From NCBI GenBank assembly GCA_963703315.1, contig OY969811.1:1600001-1664000 (forward strand): 64,000 bases of DNA, read 5' to 3'. This document shows positions 58,381-64,000 of this stretch, in pieces. The notes beneath the pieces are model-generated. The model had not been told where the DNA came from. It searched no databases and saw only the letters and a list, made by a program, of their open reading frames with translations. Source of the DNA: an uncultured cyanobacterium. GTDB lineage: Bacteria > Cyanobacteriota > Cyanobacteriia > Pseudanabaenales > Pseudanabaenaceae. Both the position numbers and the translations under genes were made by a program. Within the stretch, counting starts at the first letter, position 1. Every line of letters starts with the position of its first letter.

Positions 58381-61300
58381 TTATGACTTGGGTTTTCGTT
58401 TGCTAGAAGGTTTCCCTGTCTCTTGTTTACTGGTCATTTTGCTGTACATCTCAAACAACTTCTCTAATCGCTCGGTGTCATTTTTAAACCGCCGCCCGAT
58501 GTAAATCCGTTCAATTATTTCGTCATTTCTCTCGTGGGCTTGTCTGACTAATGGGAATTCGCTGTCCATTCTGTCGCGATCGTACATATCGGCAATGGTG
58601 GCAGGAAAGTAATGCTCTCTGGCTAACAATATGTCTTCGGCGCAACGGGTGAGGTCGGTTTTGTTTTGTTCGGTGAGGGTGGGGACGGGGAAGGTGTTCC
58701 AGCCGAGGGTGTTGGAGTAGCGAAAGCTGGTTCCCATTCTTCCACAGACGGTGGCGATCCAGACTAAATGTAATCGTGAGGCGATCAGTGCCATGTTCCA
58801 AAGTGGATCATCGTAAAGAGCAAAAGCAAGATTGCTAACAATAGTTCCTGCTGGACAATAGCCTACAGGCAGATATTCACGACTCTCCGATGAAACACTT
58901 GGTACAATTAGTAATGTTTCAGTTCCAGTTTGACGGACTTCATCAAATCGATGTGGATATTTTGCTCCTTCACGAGTTGCGAGCTTTGAACTAGATAAGC
59001 GCATCATACGAACAGCTTCGATACGTTTATTAATTGCTGGAATCTCATTTGCTTTTGTAGCAGCTTCGTCAGAAATCCATAAACAAAATCTCTGTAAACC
59101 TCTTATAAATTCGACAGATCCCAGAAAAGAACGAACAAGAAGTAACTTTTGATTCATGGAAAGGTTGATTCCTTTTAATTCTTCTGATGATAAAAGTAGA
59201 TTTCCACCATCAACAGGCTTACTGCCAAAACTCATTTCAGAGATATCACTTAATGGCTTTGCTGATTTTTCAACGATTACATTTACTCCACTTACCAAAT
59301 AAGCATTAATATTTATCGCTTCCTTAGCTATTGTTTGTCCTTTATCTTCAACAGAAAATAAACATTTTGCCCTATCCCATTGCTGAGAAATTCCCACCAT
59401 CACCACTATCACCCCAGCGTTATGAGTTGCTAGATTTGCCCATTTGAAAGAAGTATGAGCAAAAGCAATTTCATGACCAGTTGCAAAAATTAGTGACCAG
59501 AGAATTGATACTTGTTGCCCCTGACAAATAGAATTAGTCGAAACAAACGCCGCCGCCGATTGGGTTTGGGTTCCATAATCAGCAGCCTTCATAAACCAAC
59601 CCGCCACATAATCTAGCGACTTCCATAACTTAGTACGTCCATCAAAAATTTGTTTTAAATCATCCTTCTGTTCCTTCGATTGCCAAGTAGAACCCAAATA
59701 AGGCGGATTTCCACAAATATAAGTTTCTCCTCCCTCATTTTTAAAATCAATCTCAGCCTCATCCCGCGTCTCTTGCCACAAATCCAAATCCTCACGCTGC
59801 ACAGTTACACCCTTACCCGTTGGCGGACACAAACTCAACCAATCCAACCGCAACGCATTCCCACAAGTAATCCAATTATCACTCTTTAACGGCAAAAACT
59901 CCGCCAGCGCCAACATTTGCCCCCGATACAACACATCACACTGATACTCCGCAATAATCAACGCCAACCGCGCCACCTCCACCGCAAAATGCCGAATTTC
60001 AATCCCCCGAAAATTGGTTAACGGAATATCTGACTTGCGATCGCCCTCACCCCGCCGCCGATTGATTTCCGCCTCAAGCGATCGCATCTCCTTATAAGCA
60101 ATCACCAAAAAATTCCCCGACCCACAAGCAGGATCAAACACCCGAATCTTCGCCATCCGTAGCCGCAAATTCAACAACTTCCGCCCATTGTCTCCCGCCG
60201 CATCTAACTGAGCGCGAAGATCATCCAAAAACAACGGATTCAGCACCTTCAAGATATTCGGCACACTCGTATAGTGCATCCCCAACGTGCCGCGCTCCTC
60301 ATCATCAGCGATCGCCTGAATCATCGACCCAAAAATGTCAGGATTAATCCGCTTCCAGTCCAAATTGCCAATATGCAACAAATACGATCGCGCAATCTTA
60401 CTAAAACGGGGTATACCCTCACCCCCAGCCCCTCTCCCAGAACGGGAGAGGGGAGTAAGAGATTTTTCTTGTCCCCCTTCTCCCTCCTTGGGAGAAGGGG
60501 CTAGGGGATGAGGGCGATTTACAAACTTAAGACCCTCACCCCCAGCCCCTCTCCCAGTAGGGGAGAGGGGAGTAAGAGGAGATTCTTGTCCCCCTTCTCC
60601 CTCCTTGGGAGAAGGGGTTAGGGGATGAGGGTTAAACCCCTGCCGTACAAGAGTTAATGCTTGATCTAAATTTGTCTCGACTAATTCACTAGATACACGA
60701 ACCACCCTCAAGCCCAAGGATTCAAGTAGCTCTTGTCGTTGACGATCTGCTGCTTGCTGTGAGTCATGCACACCGCCATCAACTTCAACAATTAGTCGTT
60801 CTGCCCCACAGAAAAAATCAACAATGAACGCTCCGATTGACTGTTGTCGCCTGAATTTGCGTCCTTCTAGCTTGCGTCCGCGCAGAGCTTGCCAAAGAAT
60901 ATTTTCACTGGGAGTAGGTTCTTTGCGAAATTGACGAGCCACCTCAGTCATTTTTTGCTTAAGTTCAGGAGGAATTGACCAGTACTCGCCTGAATCAATA
61001 CCCTCACCCCCAGCCCCTCGCCCAAAGGGGGAGAGGGGAGTAAGAGATTTTTCTTGTTCCCTCTCTCCCTTCTTGGGAGAGGGGGCTAGGGGGTGAGGGC
61101 GATCCACAGGATGAGAGCTAAACAACCCTCCATTCACATAAGGAAAAACATTTGCCCAATTGCGAATCCCTAACGCCTCGCGCTCCTGTAATGGTGTCGC
61201 CATCGCCCGAAACAACTCCGCCAAAATCTCATGGGTATTTTCACCATCACTCATCTGCGCGATCGCCTGTGTAAACAACCCATCGCCACTAAAAATATTC

Positions 61301-61869
61301 GTATCTTCCGCAAAAAAACAGAAAATCAACCGCGCCATAAAATGATTAAAATCTTCACGGCGATCGCCCTGATCCCAATCAGGATTATCCTTCAACAACT
61401 CCACATAAAGCCGATTTAGCCGCCCCGTCGCCTTAATATCAAAGGCATTTTCCCGAATTTGCTTAACCGTCGTAATCCCTGCCAACGGCAAGAAAAAGCC
61501 AAAATGATCCGCAAATTTTGGGTATGCACAGGCGATCGTCTCCCCATCCACCAGATTTTCTGCCTCAAAGCTCTCGCCATCCGTCGCCAGAATAAACTTT
61601 GCCTTGTGCTTAGTCGTGGCTGAACTCTCCCGCAAAGCCGTCAAAGTTGCCGATACATCCCCCTCAGCGCAAACCTTCAGATGAATATTATTCCGTTGCA
61701 GCACTCCACCCACATCAGACTGATTCGAGCTACCCTGCTCACTCCTGAGCCGCTTGAGCGTAGTCGCCTTATTGCCAAAAGCCTCTAAAAACGCAAAAGG
61801 AAACTCCGATCCATCAAAAGGTGCTTCCGCCAACCGAGAAACCGCTTCTTCAATTTCGACTGCATTCAT
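58381..61869 (-). CDS. YeeA/MmeI-like (type IIL) N6-adenine DNA methyltransferase with an in-frame DUF559 insertion
   Basis: FMARLIFCFFAEDT, FPYVNGGLF, INPDIFGSMIQ, GMHYTS, motif I FDPACGSGNF, motif IV GNPPY, AFVSTNSICQG, C-terminal TRD. Confidence 0.92.
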   Translation of the reverse strand: MNAVEIEEAVSRLAEAPFDGSEFPFAFLEAFGNKATTLKRLRSEQGSSNQSDVGGVLQRNNIHLKVCAEGDVSATLTALRESSATTKHKAKFILATDGESFEAENLVDGETIACAYPKFADHFGFFLPLAGITTVKQIRENAFDIKATGRLNRLYVELLKDNPDWDQGDRREDFNHFMARLIFCFFAEDTNIFSGDGLFTQAIAQMSDGENTHEILAELFRAMATPLQEREALGIRNWANVFPYVNGGLFSSHPVDRPHPLAPSPKKGEREQEKSLTPLSPFGRGAGGEGIDSGEYWSIPPELKQKMTEVARQFRKEPTPSENILWQALRGRKLEGRKFRRQQSIGAFIVDFFCGAERLIVEVDGGVHDSQQAADRQRQELLESLGLRVVRVSSELVETNLDQALTLVRQGFNPHPLTPSPKEGEGGQESPLTPLSPTGRGAGGEGLKFVNRPHPLAPSPKEGEGGQEKSLTPLSRSGRGAGGEGIPRFSKIARSYLLHIGNLDWKRINPDIFGSMIQAIADDEERGTLGMHYTSVPNILKVLNPLFLDDLRAQLDAAGDNGRKLLNLRLRMAKIRVFDPACGSGNFLVIAYKEMRSLEAEINRRRGEGDRKSDIPLTNFRGIEIRHFAVEVARLALIIAEYQCDVLYRGQMLALAEFLPLKSDNWITCGNALRLDWLSLCPPTGKGVTVQREDLDLWQETRDEAEIDFKNEGGETYICGNPPYLGSTWQSKEQKDDLKQIFDGRTKLWKSLDYVAGWFMKAADYGTQTQSAAAFVSTNSICQGQQVSILWSLIFATGHEIAFAHTSFKWANLATHNAGVIVVMVGISQQWDRAKCLFSVEDKGQTIAKEAININAYLVSGVNVIVEKSAKPLSDISEMSFGSKPVDGGNLLLSSEELKGINLSMNQKLLLVRSFLGSVEFIRGLQRFCLWISDEAATKANEIPAINKRIEAVRMMRLSSSKLATREGAKYPHRFDEVRQTGTETLLIVPSVSSESREYLPVGYCPAGTIVSNLAFALYDDPLWNMALIASRLHLVWIATVCGRMGTSFRYSNTLGWNTFPVPTLTEQNKTDLTRCAEDILLAREHYFPATIADMYDRDRMDSEFPLVRQAHERNDEIIERIYIGRRFKNDTERLEKLFEMYSKMTSKQETGKPSSKRKPKS
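60416..61099 (-). mobile_element. In-frame insert: 99-bp repeat, DUF559 endonuclease, two 99-bp repeats
   Basis: Repeats at 61001-61099, 60533-60631 and 60416-60514 flank ARQFRKEPTPSENILWQALR...KFRRQ..IG.FIVDF.C...VEVDGGVH. Total 684 bp = 228 codons. Confidence 0.8.
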
Positions 61870-61972
61870 ACGCTAACCATCTTCAGGTTTTATTCCTTAA
61901 GCAAATCTTGCCTCGCTATGTTACCAAAAAATTCATGTTAAAATCGAGCCAATGTATCTCTAGAGAGCTACT

Positions 61973-62160
61973 ATGCAAACCACCGAAGCGCTAGTTAAAA
62001 CTTCTGACTTCTCCCCCGTTCCCACAAATCCAAGCGGAATCCCCCGACTGGTTTTATGTTCCCAATGTCTCGCCGCTTCTTGATGGTGAATATCGCCGTT
62101 CATACGTGCTATGGAAAGAGTTTGTCGCACCCTTACTTAATTGCGATTGAATTTGTGTAG
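61973..62160 (+). pseudogene. Uma2-family endonuclease remnant
   Basis: An alternative frame reads ESPDWFYVPNVSPLLDGEYRRSYVLWKEFVAPL; frameshifted and truncated. Confidence 0.65.
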
Positions 62161-62270
62161 TGAAGTCAAGATTTTGTGAATCACTGTAAATTTACATTTA
62201 TATTCCCTTAGATTCATAATAGCTGTACAATCCCGTGTATTTAGTACTTTTGTAACTTTCGTCAGCAGCT

Positions 62271-62810
62271 ATGTCCCAAGTCGAAATGGTTTTGAATATG
62301 TTGCGTCCAGTCGTGGCTTCGATGTCTGCGGCTGATAAGTCTGATTTACTTGCAAAAGTGAGCCAATTACTAGAGGCAAGTGACAGTAAACCTACTGCTT
62401 CTGGACAAAGCCAAAGCAACACCTTGAGCGGGATTAATTTTAGCGGTGGTGCTAATAATGCGCTCAACTTTGCGCCTGTGCAGAATCAAGGCGGCAATGT
62501 CAATGTCGCGTCTAACTTTAATCAGAGTTATGTGGTCAATCCAGAGGTCAAAAAGGTTCTAGAAGACCTCAGCCAACTCAAGGCAAGCATTGCTGAGAGT
62601 CAAGAAATTAATCCTTTACTAAAGGAACCTGTCAAACTGGAAGTCCAGAAACTGGAAGAGGAATTGCAGAAACCTGAACCAAATCCCACTTTTGTAGAAA
62701 GTACGGTTGCTACGATCAAGAAAGGATTAGAAGGAGTGATTACTTTGGCAGAACCCACTGTGAAAATCGCCTCTTTTGTAGCCAAGCTATACGGATTTCC
62801 AGTTCCATAG
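62271..62810 (+). CDS. Hypothetical protein: short N-terminal helix, N/Q/G-rich motif, C-terminal amphipathic helical domain
   Basis: 179-aa ORF; central SQSNTLSGINFSGGANNALNFAPVQNQGGNVNVASNFNQS. Confidence 0.8.
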   Translation: MSQVEMVLNMLRPVVASMSAADKSDLLAKVSQLLEASDSKPTASGQSQSNTLSGINFSGGANNALNFAPVQNQGGNVNVASNFNQSYVVNPEVKKVLEDLSQLKASIAESQEINPLLKEPVKLEVQKLEEELQKPEPNPTFVESTVATIKKGLEGVITLAEPTVKIASFVAKLYGFPVP

Positions 62811-62819
62811 CATTCATCT

Positions 62820-62848
62820 AAAAAAGCGCGGCTTCGCCGCGCTTTTTT
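62820..62848. terminator. Hairpin with A/T tails (GCTTCGC apex) between the two genes
   Basis: AAAAAAGCGCGGC-TTC-GCCGCGCTTTTTT. Confidence 0.6.
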
Positions 62849-62875
62849 AATTTATCTATTCTATTTAATAAATCA

Positions 62876-64000
62876 ATGACTGAAAGCAAAGACACTTATA
62901 ACGTCTCTCAGAGCCAAGAAAATGTCCTTCAGGATATTAATATTCAAGGCAGCAGCAATATTATTACCTTTGCGCCCACTCAAAATACGGTTATTGAAAC
63001 CCAAGTCATTCAGATTTCCGTCCAAAAGGTGACGCAGCAACAACTGATTAAAGCATCTCCCTACAAAGGTTTAAATCGTTTTAATGCCGCCGATCGCGAT
63101 CGCTTTTATGGACGCGATAAATTAATTAGAAGGATCTTAGAAGCGATTAATGCCAGTGGCTTAACCCTTGTCACAGGCGCATCGGGAAGCGGTAAGTCTT
63201 CCGTAATTCGTGCAGGCGTAATTCCTGAACTCAAGCAGTCTTTGTCGAGTCAGGCAATTAAAGATTTCATTTTCACACCTAGCCAAGATCCCTTTGAATC
63301 GCTTTATCGGTGCTTATTGAGTGAAGAGAAGGATTATCAGTTTAGTGAAAGTGATGCTCAAGTTGTTTTGACCAAAAAAGCTGATGCGATCACACAGGTA
63401 ATCGATCGCCTCAAGGAAAAGGATGAGCGCTGGTTATGGTTTATCGATCAGTTTGAAGAATTATTCACCAACTGCGGTGATGAGAGCATCAGGCAGAATT
63501 TTATTGATGGCATTGTCAAAATCGTGAAGTCTGGCAATGGCTCGGTACGGATTATTTTAGGGATGCGGGCAGATTTTCTGGAGCAGTTTAGCTTCTATCC
63601 TGCTTTAGGAACGATTTTGGATAAGGATAATATTCATCTGGTAACGGAGATGCACCCTGATGAACTACGGCAAGCGATCGAGCAGCCCGCAGCCAAACAT
63701 GGCGTGGTGTTTGAAACAGGGCTAGTTGAACAAATCATTCAGGATGTGCAAGGACAGAGGGGATATTTGCCTTTGTTGCAATACAGCCTTAATCTGTTGT
63801 GGGAAACGGAATGTAAAACCCAAGCTGCCGATGGTCGTGCGGAAATCGAAAATCGGGTTCTCAATATTTCCACCTATAATCTATTGGAAGGTGTTAGAGG
63901 TGCTTTACAGACTCGCGTTGACAAGCTTTATCGGAATTTATCTTCAGACCAGCGATCGCTTACCAAACAAATATTTTTAAAATTAGTCAATATTGTCGAT
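62876..64000 (+). CDS. STAND NTPase (nSTAND1-like), 3' end outside the window
   Basis: Not in the ORF track (no stop in window). Manual translation: MTESKDTYNV...SPYKGL..F...DRDRFYGRD, Walker A GASGSGKSS, Walker B FIDQFEELFT, MRADF, AIEQPA, GYLPLLQYSL..LW, GGVRGAL. Confidence 0.9.
   Translation, partial: MTESKDTYNVSQSQENVLQDINIQGSSNIITFAPTQNTVIETQVIQISVQKVTQQQLIKASPYKGLNRFNAADRDRFYGRDKLIRRILEAINASGLTLVTGASGSGKSSVIRAGVIPELKQSLSSQAIKDFIFTPSQDPFESLYRCLLSEEKDYQFSESDAQVVLTKKADAITQVIDRLKEKDERWLWFIDQFEELFTNCGDESIRQNFIDGIVKIVKSGNGSVRIILGMRADFLEQFSFYPALGTILDKDNIHLVTEMHPDELRQAIEQPAAKHGVVFETGLVEQIIQDVQGQRGYLPLLQYSLNLLWETECKTQAADGRAEIENRVLNISTYNLLEGVRGALQTRVDKLYRNLSSDQRSLTKQIFLKLVNIVD

Noticed and set aside
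60416..61099. Intein or group I/II intron in the methyltransferase
   Set aside because: No N-terminal Cys/Ser splice block, no His-Asn followed by Cys/Ser/Thr, no LAGLIDADG or reverse transcriptase motifs. The boundaries are DNA palindromes.
63726..63980. 84-aa Cys-rich ORF
   Set aside because: It is an alternative frame inside the STAND NTPase gene.

Overview
Cyanobacterial chromosome segment. The very frequent HIP1 octamer GCGATCGC, the gene content and the short palindromic repeat families are consistent with a Pseudanabaena-like organism (inference). Housekeeping genes include ppx, speA, an arsA/GET3 ATPase, rpsR, rpmG, ilvC, mrdA, pmgA and relA/spoT. A sulfur-related neighbourhood (cysA, exported rhodanese, TauE) shares an upstream motif, and three CadD-family transporters surround a LysR regulator. 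Four defence/conflict loci are interspersed. (1) 28.4-34.7 kb: an HTH-NACHT gene flanked by accreted toxin-antitoxin (TA) genes. (2) 37.3-41.9 kb: four TA cassettes, each preceded by a copy of the 3' end of a now-gutted type IIG restriction-modification gene. All four toxins are broken by different lesions. (3) 53.1-61.9 kb: a yeeA/B/C-like MmeI-methyltransferase/helicase/GIY-YIG locus. The methyltransferase carries an in-frame 684-bp insert of a DUF559 endonuclease bracketed by exactly 99-bp palindromic repeats. (4) 62.3 kb to the window end: a small protein and an adjacent STAND NTPase that share an N/Q/G-rich ~25-aa motif, suggesting amyloid-type NLR signalling. No rRNA, tRNA or CRISPR array was seen. 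Family assignments come from motif recognition by eye, not database searches.
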